A DNA stretch of 64,000 nt from Candidatus Hydrogenedentota bacterium (GTDB taxonomy: Bacteria; Hydrogenedentota; Hydrogenedentia; Hydrogenedentales; SLHB01): assembly GCA_963668025.2 (NCBI GenBank), contig CAXXTH010000012.1, forward strand, positions 128,001-192,000, read 5' to 3'. The position numbers and the translations under genes were made by a program. Below, one piece after another: positions 1-9,995 of the stretch (positions within the stretch are counted from its first letter, which is position 1; every line of letters begins with the position of its first letter). The notes beneath the pieces are model-generated. The model saw nothing but the letters and a program-made list of their open reading frames with translations. It made no database searches and was not told the origin of the DNA.

Positions 1-1786
1 CGTTATGCTGAACGAGTTCCCAAACCACCAAGTTCCCGCCCCATCCCTCGTCAGGGATGAAGCCCGCCGTCAAGCGCCTTTCACCTATGGGAAACGCCTT
101 GGGAACTTTAAGGATGCTCATTTCCATCAGCAATGGCTGGCATGTCCAAGGCCCAAAAGGCTCGGAGGAACGCCACGCTTTGCGCAACGAACCTTCCAGC
201 AAATAGCGCCAGCCGTTCCATTCGAAATAATCCGGGCAAATGAATTCGCGTTCGTTCTCCACCAATAGCGGTTTTGGCTGAGGCTTCCAATTTCGTAGAT
301 CCGTAGAGGTAAACCAATTGAGCGTATATTGTTTATCGGCATTCATGCCGCCCATTGCGAAAAGATGATATTGCTTTTCTCTTTCGTCCCATATCACCGC
401 ATTATCCAGCAACTCATCGATAATGGGCTTCTCCGATTCTTTGCTGAAGTGAATGCCGTCTTTACTCGTGGCGGTGAAAATCCCTCCTTTCCGGCTCGGC
501 AGCATGGACATCACCGGATACTGCATGTAAAACGTATCGTCTTTATATACGCATGAACCCGTGCCGACAAAGCCCTCATATTGTTCCGTAATCGGTATGG
601 CGAGGGGATGGTGTTGCCAATGAATCAAGTCTTGCGAGGATGTATGCGCGACCTGCAATCCGCCATGCCCGCTCCACCATTTTCCATGATGATTGCGCCT
701 TCCGAGCAGATAATACAGGTGAAGCGTATCATTCACGTACAGGGGAATGCAGTCGCCCAGCCGTACATTGAAACCATTTGGACGGAAGTATTGGATGCGT
801 TCTGGCGTCCGGCCCAGCATCTCGATGGCCCGTGTTTTAGCGTGGCCCGGCCCGCCGCTAAGCAGTTCGATTTCCTGATCGGAGAGGGCGCGATTCCAGA
901 CTGCCACATGATCGATCTCGCCATGGAATCCCGATACCTCTTCCCCATGGGAAGAGGCTGCTCCAATCAAAAAAGGCGCGGCATTCGTGCGAAGGTCGCC
1001 GATGGGGAATTCTTCATCCATCAGCACGCCATCCACAAACAACTGCACCTTTGGGCCGGTGAACCGAATAACGAGGCCATGCCAGTCTTTCGCGCCAATG
1101 AGCCCCACCGGCGCACAAATGCGCATGCACCCCTTCCTGGCCTCTTCCAATATGCGGGGATCGCCGTCTCCCGATATTTTACCTAGAGTGTCCAACGCCT
1201 CCCGTGATGGACTCAGGCCTATCCGGAACTCGATGAGTTGGCTGGAAGCACTCACCCGCTTATACCCATCGGGCTGGTGAAACAGGAAGTATTCTTCCGT
1301 AGGAACAGTCTGGCCGAAGATGTTTTGAATGGTTTGCGGTTTGGCCGCGCCGTCTGTGCAAGAGAGATAATAACTTGCCGTATCGTCTTCTCCCGATTTG
1401 CCCAGAATGGGCGCATCCCATTCGCCCGATGGAACACGCATGCGGATGCAGATACTCATCTCACTGCCGGAAAGCGCCAGCCGCTTTTCATCTTCTGCTG
1501 GAACACTCAGGTATCCTCCGTCGAAGACAGCGGCATAACCATCGCCGCAGGATTGGAGCGAGGCATCCCGCTCCAAGCCTTGCAAAGAAACGCCGGTTTG
1601 CACCGCACCGTGAATCACAAGAGAAAGGATGTTTGGTTCTTTATTCTCCTCTGGACTCATCGTCCAATAGGCAGCAGCGTCATGGAAAGGGGACTCGGCC
1701 TCGCCATATCCGATAGCCGGATAGGCGCATGCGCACCAAATCGCTATTGCCCATATGCCCGCGCGGTTTGCCATTATTTCTTTCAT
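1..1786 (-). CDS. LamG-domain + GH32-like five-bladed propeller protein, secreted (3' end runs off window; not in ORF track)
   Basis: Translated by hand from ATG at 1786 (GAGGAAGG upstream): MKEIMANRAGIWAIAIWCAC...FVDGVLMDEEFPIG...GDCIPLY...HGGLQVAH...FICPDYFEWNGW...GWGGNLVVWELVQH. Open to the window edge and colinear with 5297-7546 and 7543-9915. Confidence 0.9.
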   Translation of the reverse strand, partial: MKEIMANRAGIWAIAIWCACAYPAIGYGEAESPFHDAAAYWTMSPEENKEPNILSLVIHGAVQTGVSLQGLERDASLQSCGDGYAAVFDGGYLSVPAEDEKRLALSGSEMSICIRMRVPSGEWDAPILGKSGEDDTASYYLSCTDGAAKPQTIQNIFGQTVPTEEYFLFHQPDGYKRVSASSQLIEFRIGLSPSREALDTLGKISGDGDPRILEEARKGCMRICAPVGLIGAKDWHGLVIRFTGPKVQLFVDGVLMDEEFPIGDLRTNAAPFLIGAASSHGEEVSGFHGEIDHVAVWNRALSDQEIELLSGGPGHAKTRAIEMLGRTPERIQYFRPNGFNVRLGDCIPLYVNDTLHLYYLLGRRNHHGKWWSGHGGLQVAHTSSQDLIHWQHHPLAIPITEQYEGFVGTGSCVYKDDTFYMQYPVMSMLPSRKGGIFTATSKDGIHFSKESEKPIIDELLDNAVIWDEREKQYHLFAMGGMNADKQYTLNWFTSTDLRNWKPQPKPLLVENEREFICPDYFEWNGWRYLLEGSLRKAWRSSEPFGPWTCQPLLMEMSILKVPKAFPIGERRLTAGFIPDEGWGGNLVVWELVQHN

Positions 1787-1811
1787 TGCGTGGCCTTCCT
1801 CTATTTCTGAG

Positions 1812-2729
1812 TTATGCTTTGAATGCGCCCGAAGTTACGCCTTCAATAAACGGCTTGGTGGCATACACGAATACGAGGAGCAATGGAATGCTGGCCACCA
1901 CATAGGCGGAAAAGAGCGTGGAAAAGTTTTGTCCATATTGGGAAGTGGCCATGACAAAAAGGCCTGATGCAATGGGATGCATGCTCGTATCGGGAAGCGT
2001 GACGAACGGCCACATGAAATTATTCCAGGTGCCGAAAACCGACATGATCAACACCACGGAAACGACCGGCTTTGACAAGGGCAGCACCAGCCTGGAATAG
2101 ATCTGGAAATGGCCCGCGCCGTCGATACGGGCGGATTCGAATAAGTCTTCCGGCAGCCCTTCAAAAAAGCTCTTAAAGATAAACGTGGTCAGCGCTTGCT
2201 GGCCCGCTATGCCAGGCAGGATGATCACCCAATACGTGCCCAGCATGCCCATGGACTTGACGATCATATACGAGGGAACAAAGAGCAGCACGCCGGGGAA
2301 CATCATCGCGGACATAATATAGTAGAAGAAAAGCTGTTTTCCCGGAAAACGATAGCGCGATAACACATAACCAGTGACGGAGGAAAGCACGATAACGCCC
2401 GCCGCGATGGAGGTGGAGAACATCAGGCTGTTCAAGATATATTTCCGCAGAATGTCCCATCCCAATTGATAGCCCCGCGTGGCGGTATCGATGTTGTTCA
2501 GGAGCGTTTCGCATAACGCGCCGAAGGAAGGCTGCTGCACACCGCCTCCGGCCCATGCGGAAAGAGCGGCGCACATATTGTTCACGGCTTGCGGCAATCC
2601 AAAAAAAGTGTGGTATAGTTCGCTATTCGAACGGAACGAATTGTTCAATACAAATAGGAACGGAAGCAAGGTAAGCCCCGCCAGCAGGAGCAGGCTACCG
2701 TGCAGCAAGAACGCGCGAAGCCGTTTCAT
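1812..2729 (-). CDS. Carbohydrate ABC transporter permease (CUT1, MalG-like)
   Basis: Multiple TM segments, EAA-type loop LFESARIDGA, WNNFMWP and terminal GAFKA. Confidence 0.92.
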   Translation of the reverse strand: MKRLRAFLLHGSLLLLAGLTLLPFLFVLNNSFRSNSELYHTFFGLPQAVNNMCAALSAWAGGGVQQPSFGALCETLLNNIDTATRGYQLGWDILRKYILNSLMFSTSIAAGVIVLSSVTGYVLSRYRFPGKQLFFYYIMSAMMFPGVLLFVPSYMIVKSMGMLGTYWVIILPGIAGQQALTTFIFKSFFEGLPEDLFESARIDGAGHFQIYSRLVLPLSKPVVSVVLIMSVFGTWNNFMWPFVTLPDTSMHPIASGLFVMATSQYGQNFSTLFSAYVVASIPLLLVFVYATKPFIEGVTSGAFKA

Positions 2730-3658
2730 GCCTTACCCTCCAATTCTTCCGTCGAGCGTACGTATCGAAACGCCATCAAGGTCAATCCCAGAATTAAGAA
2801 GAACAGGCACACCCCGACCGCGCACGCATAACCCATTCGTTGAAAACTAAAGGCATTGAAGTACATCCAGAGCGCGGGAACCATGGTGCGGAAACCGGGG
2901 CCGCCCCGCGTAAGGATGAAAATACCTTCATAGGTCTGCACGCCGCCGATGATCGTCAGCACCATGATCAGCTTGAGCTGGCTGAACACCATGGGGATGT
3001 CTATGCGGATGAATTTACTAACGCCGGTGCAGCCCTCGAGCTTGGCGGCTTCATTCACGCTGGTGGGGATGCTGGCCAATCCGGCATAGTAGATGAGTAC
3101 ATTGATTCCGCCAATCCAGGGGAATCCCACGAAGGCTATCGCCAGCAAAGCGGTCTTAGGACCGCTGAGCCAGCCCTGGCTCATACCGCCCAGCCCAATC
3201 ATGCGAAGCACTTCGTTGAACATGCCCGATTCATTGTAAATCATGCCGCCCCAGATCAACTGCACGGCCACGCCAGGAGCGACAATAGGCACTAAGAACA
3301 GGAGCCGGTATAAATACCTCCCCCGTTCCTTATCGAGCGAAAATATGAGCTTGGCCACGATGAGCGGGACGGTGATCTGGATAGCGGTTCCAAACAAGGT
3401 GAGCAGCAGCATGTTGATGACGGCTGGATAGATGACGGGATCCATGGTGAATAGTTCCACGTAATTCCGCAAGCCGACAAACTCGGATTCGCCGCCGACT
3501 TCAAACTTGAATAGCGAATTCACGAACGCCCACAAAACCGGTAAGTAAATGAAGACCGCCATCAAGATGGCTGGAAGGGCGAGAAGGGCGTAGCAGCTCA
3601 CACTAAACCGCTGTTTCTCGCTCATATGCCATAGGAATGGTTTGATGGATTTATTCAT
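2726..3658 (-). CDS. Carbohydrate ABC transporter permease (CUT1, MalF-like)
   Basis: FVGLRNY, EAAKLEG, LTRGGPG and MGYACA motifs. Start moved to MNKS at 3658, which overlaps the upstream stop. Confidence 0.92.
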   Translation of the reverse strand: MNKSIKPFLWHMSEKQRFSVSCYALLALPAILMAVFIYLPVLWAFVNSLFKFEVGGESEFVGLRNYVELFTMDPVIYPAVINMLLLTLFGTAIQITVPLIVAKLIFSLDKERGRYLYRLLFLVPIVAPGVAVQLIWGGMIYNESGMFNEVLRMIGLGGMSQGWLSGPKTALLAIAFVGFPWIGGINVLIYYAGLASIPTSVNEAAKLEGCTGVSKFIRIDIPMVFSQLKLIMVLTIIGGVQTYEGIFILTRGGPGFRTMVPALWMYFNAFSFQRMGYACAVGVCLFFLILGLTLMAFRYVRSTEELEGKA

Positions 3659-5255
3659 TGGGAAGATCCTTATAGGCGGCCCGGAGCGGCGCAAGCGCCT
3701 CCCATGTAGCTTGCATGTTCTCCATATCGACCTTCTTCCGTTCGAGATGATTTACACAGGCCGCGCGGATATTCGAGACTTGCCAGTCCATGAAACCTTC
3801 AAGGCTGATGCCGTCATTCAAATACATCTCCAGCATGCGTCGCTGGATTTCCAAGAACTTCAAATCAAACGAAAACATCCACTTCGTCGATGTATACCGG
3901 CGCTCCAATATCTCCGCGAAAGGATGCAGCGGAGGAAGCGGTTCCACGCCACGGATGTTGGGAATGAAGCAAGGATATTCATTCACGATGCGCGTGTAAT
4001 TGTCTGGCATGCAAAGAAAGTGAAGAAATCTGACCACCTGCTGGAGGCGTTCGGAGCGATTCATGCGTTCCTGCATGGGAAGCGCGGGCTCGGTGTCGCC
4101 CACAGCAGTGTTCGTAATCTCAAATTGCGTTCCAGAGCCGCCGATAACGCACATGTCCACTGGTTCCGTAACAAAGGGGCTTGTTTGCGGCGTTAGGGGA
4201 GGCGGATAAAAAACACCCCATTCGAAATCCAGCGAGTTGTCGGCTTGCAATCGATACGTGATGGGGCTCGAATTCCACATCATGGCGGCGTGCTGGGTGA
4301 CGAATTCCCTCAGAAAATCGGTGCTGTTCAAATCTTTATTGCAGTAGGCGCGCAGGCCTTTCATCACGCGCCACAATTCGAGATAACGGGGATCCTGATT
4401 CGTGAAGAATTTTTTGCCGAAGAGAAAACTGAGTTCATCCGCATCCAGATAGCCCTTCATGTATTTTTCGCGTGCGGCATCTCCCTTGAGGACATCAATG
4501 CCGGGCAGAATCGAAAAATAGAGCTGGTTAAACAGTATATCGGTACACCAATCGTTGAACGTGTCCGTGTTCATCAAGAGGGGAATATAGCCTAATGCGC
4601 GAATCTTCGCCATGCCATCGTGCCATTCTTCCCAGGTAGTGGGAGGCTCCACACCCGCTTGGCGGAAAATCGTTTTATTGTAAAAAATGCCCGTTTCGAC
4701 CATGTCGAAGCTGAGGCAATAGTTGCGCCCATCCGGCGCGGCCTTGCCGCGGCTAATCGCCTGGTAGCGGAACATGTCCCACCATGAGTAATAACCGGGA
4801 AGAGAAGGATCGCCCTTTTCCTGGATATAGGGATTCGGAGCGTTTAGAAACGCATCGAGCGGAACATACCATCCTTTGTGGACATCCACCCACACCTCTT
4901 CGACGTTGACATTGATAATGTCAGGCGCCTGCCCGCTGCTGAGTTGGGTCACCAGATATTCCCGGGCGAAAGGCACATTCACGAGCTCGATCCGCACGTC
5001 CGGATTTTCCGACTCGAAATCTTGAATGACATCGCGCAAGCCATGGATCTTATCGCCGATTCCAAAGGGCACGGAACCGGGCATATAGGGAACGCCCGGT
5101 GAAAACTTGATCACATACTTTGCGTTCTTTTGACGTTGAAGCTCCGGCCCGCCATTGGAGGCGGCTCCGGGCGTTCTGGGCCACAGCAGCCATGCGCTGG
5201 CGATGAGCACCACGGCTAGTGAGCCCCATCGAAAGATAGCGCGTGCATAGTTCAT
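3651..5255 (-). CDS. ABC transporter extracellular solute-binding protein (family 1)
   Basis: N-terminal TM anchor, APDII, GIFYNKTIF and PPTTWEE motifs; adjacent to two permeases. Start approximate (5255 or 5264). Confidence 0.88.
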   Translation of the reverse strand: MNYARAIFRWGSLAVVLIASAWLLWPRTPGAASNGGPELQRQKNAKYVIKFSPGVPYMPGSVPFGIGDKIHGLRDVIQDFESENPDVRIELVNVPFAREYLVTQLSSGQAPDIINVNVEEVWVDVHKGWYVPLDAFLNAPNPYIQEKGDPSLPGYYSWWDMFRYQAISRGKAAPDGRNYCLSFDMVETGIFYNKTIFRQAGVEPPTTWEEWHDGMAKIRALGYIPLLMNTDTFNDWCTDILFNQLYFSILPGIDVLKGDAAREKYMKGYLDADELSFLFGKKFFTNQDPRYLELWRVMKGLRAYCNKDLNSTDFLREFVTQHAAMMWNSSPITYRLQADNSLDFEWGVFYPPPLTPQTSPFVTEPVDMCVIGGSGTQFEITNTAVGDTEPALPMQERMNRSERLQQVVRFLHFLCMPDNYTRIVNEYPCFIPNIRGVEPLPPLHPFAEILERRYTSTKWMFSFDLKFLEIQRRMLEMYLNDGISLEGFMDWQVSNIRAACVNHLERKKVDMENMQATWEALAPLRAAYKDLPNE

Positions 5256-5296
5256 TTGAGGCATCTCTCCGTTCAAGGCCATTTGGCCGCGAAGAT

Positions 5297-7546
5297 TTAG
5301 CAGAGCGGGCAAATCCGTATGGAGTCGAAAACGGCTTCACATCCCTGCGCAAAGAAAAATAGGCGGCTGCCTTCCGAAGCATCGCGAACGGCCAGCGTGC
5401 GCCGATTGCCGATACAGGCGTGAATGATATGGCCATCGGCCACAAGCTCCAGCGAAAACGGCTCCGTGATCTCATCCACATCCGTGATCCGCGCCGATGT
5501 CCCATCACCGGGCATTCCATCCTTCGGGCGGCTAAACTGCACGCATCGATTCGCTAGATCGAATTGCAGTTCACAGCCATCGGCGTATTCTCCAGAACCG
5601 CGCAGGCACAACCCGAATCGGCCTAGACCAGATTTGGGCGTTACGCGCACAGTGATGTGGGCGTTTTTCGGCGCATGTTCGAGCGTGGCGATTGCCATGT
5701 TTCCACCCGGCTTGAGTTCGATACGTTCCGCACTGCCGAAGGCGGCGGATGTGAGTGCGGTGAACGGCAACGGGAGCGGCTCTTTCTCAGGAGGGATCAG
5801 TTCACTCGGGAACTTCACGCCCAAACGGCCTTCCTCGTCCTGGACCAATTCCCGAATGATGATGTCGCCGCCCCACGAGCCGGGGTTATCGCTCACCCAG
5901 CCGATTTGAATCCGCCGGTTTCCGAAAAAGGCGGCTGACTTGGGTACGTACGACGAGTCGGGCGTGCTGGGCCGCTGCATTTGCCACGGCCCGAAGGGCT
6001 GTTTCGATTTCCATATGGTGGATTTACATCCCGCCACGATGTAATGCCAGCCATTCCATTCAAAATAGTTTGGGCAGTACAAATGATTTTTGATGTCATC
6101 ATTGGTGAGGATGGGCGCATCCTGCTGTTGCCATTGGCGCAGATCACTGGAAACAAAGTGCGCCAGCTCGGTGCGCTCCGCGCCTGGCCGCTCGGAAAAG
6201 GTGATTAAATGAAACAGGCCCGAAGCATCCTTGAAAACATCGGCATCGCCTCCCTCCAATAACGGGCGCGGATCCTGTTTCACGAAGTGAACGCCATCGG
6301 CGCTTACCGCCAGTTGAATGCCGCCGGGGCGTGATTTTGGCATGCAGGTAAGCGTCGGGAAAAAGAGGTAATACACGCCCTCGTGCAATATGCAGGAACC
6401 GGTGCCATGCCAGCCTTCCCACTGATCGGAGATCGGCACGGCCATCGGCAGAAAATCCCAGTGGAGCAGATCCTTGGTAGTCATGTGCTCTACTTGAAGG
6501 CCGCCATGCCCGCCCTGCCATTTGCTATGCGAACTGCGCCGAATGGTCAAGTAAAACACATGCAGTTTCTCGCCATCGAAATAGGGGAAGCAGTCCCCCA
6601 CTTTCTTGTTGTGTCCTCGCGGACGCCAGTGCAGGCGAACTGGATGGCGCAGCCCGAGAAAACGGCTTTCGCTACCGGCGGCCACCGCTGGGCCGCCGCT
6701 CAGCGTGATGATCTCGCCATCGTTCAATGCGCGCGGCCACAACGCGACATGGTCGATCTGGCCGTTGAATCCAGCGGCCGGCACTCCCCGGTTCATCGCG
6801 GCTCCGATTAGGAAGGGAACCGCATTTTGGCGTAGCGTCCCGATGGGATATTCCTCATCGAGCAATACGCCATCGACGAAAAGCTGTAGCTTTGGGCCAG
6901 TAAACCGCACGATCACATCATGCCATTCCGGCGCACAGCCGTGCGCCATGGGTGCGCCGATATGCAGGACGCCTTGATTCGCTTCGTGTACTAACACTGG
7001 GGAGTTGTATGGATAATGATTCAGCCATTCCACTGTTTCTTCCGGCAGATTTCCGCCCCAGGTGAATTTGAGAAGCGGAGCAGGTGTTTCTGGTTGTTTT
7101 ATTGGAGAAGTATCCTGTTCCGCATGAAAGAAGGCCTTCTCCTTGCGTTCCGCGCTCTGGCCCGCATCTGCTTCAATTTTCACGCCCGTGTTTCCGAGGA
7201 AGTAACTCGCCTCTTCTTCACCGCCGTATTTTCCGGCCAATGGCGCGTTCCATGTTCCAGAAAAATCGCGCACCCGCACACAGAGGCTCATCTCCGTTCC
7301 CGATAGATTAAGCTGTTCTTCGTATGCGGAGGGCACACTGAAATAGCCGCCATGGAACTCCGCCGCCATGCCGTCACCGCCGCGCGCTATAGAGGCCTCC
7401 CGTTCACGCCCCTCCAAGGCAACGCCTAAGCGCACATCGCCGTTAATGATCAAGGGAATGCTATCCGCCTGGCCCGACATATGCCACACGGCGAGGGCGT
7501 CATCGAACGGGTGAATTGATCCGTCTGATCGGTCTGATCGATTCAT
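5297..7546 (-). CDS. LamG-domain + GH32-like propeller + C-terminal beta-sandwich protein (no signal peptide)
   Basis: LamG motifs (LFVDG, FNGQIDHVALWPRAL), then GDCFPYF, DLLHW, GTGS, LYCPNYF and a GH32_C-like tail. Confidence 0.82.
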   Translation of the reverse strand: MNRSDRSDGSIHPFDDALAVWHMSGQADSIPLIINGDVRLGVALEGREREASIARGGDGMAAEFHGGYFSVPSAYEEQLNLSGTEMSLCVRVRDFSGTWNAPLAGKYGGEEEASYFLGNTGVKIEADAGQSAERKEKAFFHAEQDTSPIKQPETPAPLLKFTWGGNLPEETVEWLNHYPYNSPVLVHEANQGVLHIGAPMAHGCAPEWHDVIVRFTGPKLQLFVDGVLLDEEYPIGTLRQNAVPFLIGAAMNRGVPAAGFNGQIDHVALWPRALNDGEIITLSGGPAVAAGSESRFLGLRHPVRLHWRPRGHNKKVGDCFPYFDGEKLHVFYLTIRRSSHSKWQGGHGGLQVEHMTTKDLLHWDFLPMAVPISDQWEGWHGTGSCILHEGVYYLFFPTLTCMPKSRPGGIQLAVSADGVHFVKQDPRPLLEGGDADVFKDASGLFHLITFSERPGAERTELAHFVSSDLRQWQQQDAPILTNDDIKNHLYCPNYFEWNGWHYIVAGCKSTIWKSKQPFGPWQMQRPSTPDSSYVPKSAAFFGNRRIQIGWVSDNPGSWGGDIIIRELVQDEEGRLGVKFPSELIPPEKEPLPLPFTALTSAAFGSAERIELKPGGNMAIATLEHAPKNAHITVRVTPKSGLGRFGLCLRGSGEYADGCELQFDLANRCVQFSRPKDGMPGDGTSARITDVDEITEPFSLELVADGHIIHACIGNRRTLAVRDASEGSRLFFFAQGCEAVFDSIRICPLC

Positions 7547-9915
7547 TTCATCTCCCTTTCCAACAGTGGCCGCACCGTGATAGCCTCGAACTCGACATCG
7601 GCATTGTCCGCGAAGAAGAACAGCCTTTCACCGCGCAGCGTGGAGCGCGTAATGACCGTGCGTTGATGATCGATATTGGCGTCAATGATCCCGTCTTTGA
7701 TAATAATATCGAGATCAAACGGGCGGTCTATACCGGTTACGTCATTGATGAGATAGGGCTCGAACCAGCCGCTGATCGGCTGTTCGGCCAGTTTGCCCTT
7801 TTCGGGATTGCCATACTGTACGCATCCCGCCTTGGGATCAAAGCGAAGCTCGACGCCACTCTCGTACAATCCGGAACCACGCAGGCACACCCCAAAACGC
7901 CCGGAAGCATTCTTCGGATTCACCCGCAGGGTGACGCGCGCATTGAGGGGGGCACCCGCCAGCATGGCGAATTCCGGCTTATCCGTAGAGGTAATCCGTA
8001 TGCTGCCCGGGCCGCCTGAAACGCCCGGCGTGAGCGCCTCGAAGGCCATATCGAGAGGCGCACCGGAAGGGGGAATCAATTCGGGAGCGAATGTAACACC
8101 TACGCTTCCGTCTTCACGCTGCGTTAATTCCCACATGACAATGTCGCCTCCCCAGCCATCTTCGGCCAGGAAACCGGCGGATATGCGGCGGTTTTCACCA
8201 AAAGCAGCCACTTTCGACACTTTGACCAAGGCCAGCTCGCCGGGCATCTGGAGGGTGTAAGACCCATGCAATTGGCGCGAGCGCCATATCTTGCGGGGGG
8301 ATTGGCCCACGATGTAATGCCACCCATTCCACTCGAAGTAATTGGGGCATCCAAAAGCGGTCTCATCGCGAAGAATAGGCTCTTCCTCGCGCGTCCAGTT
8401 GGCGAGGTCATCGGAGTAATAGCAGTCTAGGCGGAAACGGCCATCAGCCTCCCGCGGACCAGCGGAGAGCATGCAAAACCGGTTTGATTCCTTATCGAAG
8501 AACACATCATTGTCACTTCCCGAAGCCAAGGCCGGTGCGTCCAATTGTTTCTCGAAATGGATGCAGTCCGGGCTCGTGGCGGCATAGACCCCGCCCGGGG
8601 CGTCGCTCTGGACCACTGACATCACGGGATAGAACCAGTAGTACAGCCCCTTATTAAAAATACATGAGCCTGTCCCGATGAATCCTTCCCATTGCTCCGT
8701 GATGGGCAGCGCCAATTCTTCCTGCTTCCAATGGACCAAATCCTTCGTGGTGGCGTGGGCTACTTGGAGGCCGCCATGGCCGCATTGCCATTTGCTGTGA
8801 TGATTCCGGCGGACTATCAAATAAAACAAGTGGAAGACGCCCGTGTTTGAGTCGTAATAGGGTATGCAATCGCCCGCGCGGATATTCAGCCCGGCAGGGC
8901 GTCCATATTGGAGGGATTGCTGGGGAGGCCCGAAGATATCGAGTTGGCGCGAGGCCGCATAATCCTGTCCTCCGCTCAGCGCCGTAATTTCCGCATCCGA
9001 CAGTGCGCGCGTCCACAACGCGGCGTGGTCCATCATGCCTTGAAAACCGGAAACCACGTTCCCTTCTTTTTTACCTGCACCAATGAATAGCGACTCCACG
9101 CTTTCCTGAAGCGTTCCGACGGGAAAATCTTCATCCACCATGACGCCATCAATGAATAGCTGCACTTTCCCGCCATTGAAGCGAACAATAATATCGTGCC
9201 AGTCCGTCGAGCCGATCAGCCCGGCAGGCGCGATCACCGTCATCTCCCCTTTATGCACTTCATCCCCAATGCACTCGTCGCATATTTTCATTTCCTTATC
9301 ATAGAAGCTAATGAAATCCTCGTTCGGCTCGACGCCCAGCGTGAATTCGATCATCTGGGAGGAGCTTGAAACTCGGTGGAAACCGTTGGGTTCTTCGAAC
9401 AGGTAGTAATAGATGGAGGGCACATTCTGGTTAAAGAAATTGCGCAGATGCATAGGCTTTTCTTTGCCGTTTGTTCCCGCAAGCGAAAGGCTTTGCTTGC
9501 CCTCTGGTCCATAGGCGTTGAAGAGTGGCGCATCCCATTTCCCGGATGCGTCCCGCATACGCAAGCATAGGGTCATCGTGTCGCCCGCCAGCAAAAGTGC
9601 ATTGCTCTGGGGCGCATCAAAACTGAGATAGCCGCCATCGAAGATGGCCGCTTTTCCGTCGCCGCCACGCGACAGGGAAGCATTCCGTTCAAGCCCGCTC
9701 AATTCCACTCCGAGTTGCACATTTCCATGCACGGCAAGCGGCGGTTTGTCCGCGGACAGGGCTTCGCCGCCCATGTTCCAAACAGCGGACGCGGAATCGA
9801 AAACCACTTTCGGTTCAATTGGCGCTTCGGCTTCGCCGGAGCAGGCTGGTCCGCATACGGATGCCAGCAGTACGGCCGAAAACAGAATGGCTTTGGATGA
9901 GGTGAAATGACGCAT
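7543..9915 (-). CDS. LamG-domain + GH32-like protein, secreted or lipoprotein
   Basis: Start MRHFTSSKAILF with AAGGA upstream and a signal peptide. GDCIPYY, DLVHW and FGCPNYF motifs; paralogue of neighbour. Confidence 0.82.
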   Translation of the reverse strand: MRHFTSSKAILFSAVLLASVCGPACSGEAEAPIEPKVVFDSASAVWNMGGEALSADKPPLAVHGNVQLGVELSGLERNASLSRGGDGKAAIFDGGYLSFDAPQSNALLLAGDTMTLCLRMRDASGKWDAPLFNAYGPEGKQSLSLAGTNGKEKPMHLRNFFNQNVPSIYYYLFEEPNGFHRVSSSSQMIEFTLGVEPNEDFISFYDKEMKICDECIGDEVHKGEMTVIAPAGLIGSTDWHDIIVRFNGGKVQLFIDGVMVDEDFPVGTLQESVESLFIGAGKKEGNVVSGFQGMMDHAALWTRALSDAEITALSGGQDYAASRQLDIFGPPQQSLQYGRPAGLNIRAGDCIPYYDSNTGVFHLFYLIVRRNHHSKWQCGHGGLQVAHATTKDLVHWKQEELALPITEQWEGFIGTGSCIFNKGLYYWFYPVMSVVQSDAPGGVYAATSPDCIHFEKQLDAPALASGSDNDVFFDKESNRFCMLSAGPREADGRFRLDCYYSDDLANWTREEEPILRDETAFGCPNYFEWNGWHYIVGQSPRKIWRSRQLHGSYTLQMPGELALVKVSKVAAFGENRRISAGFLAEDGWGGDIVMWELTQREDGSVGVTFAPELIPPSGAPLDMAFEALTPGVSGGPGSIRITSTDKPEFAMLAGAPLNARVTLRVNPKNASGRFGVCLRGSGLYESGVELRFDPKAGCVQYGNPEKGKLAEQPISGWFEPYLINDVTGIDRPFDLDIIIKDGIIDANIDHQRTVITRSTLRGERLFFFADNADVEFEAITVRPLLEREMK

Positions 9916-9995
9916 ATCGAGTGTTTCCTTTCTCATAAAGACACACGGGTGGCATGGATATCCTTCGCACATGGAATGAAAACTGCTCACGCAGC

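Noticed and set aside
581-1810. Plus-strand ORFs of about 190-200 aa at the window start
   Set aside because: They are antisense to the truncated minus-strand GH32-like gene, which has clear paralogues.
1812-5255. Missing ATPase in the CUT1 cassettes as a sign of decay
   Set aside because: CUT1 systems commonly share an MsmK/MalK-type ATPase encoded elsewhere.
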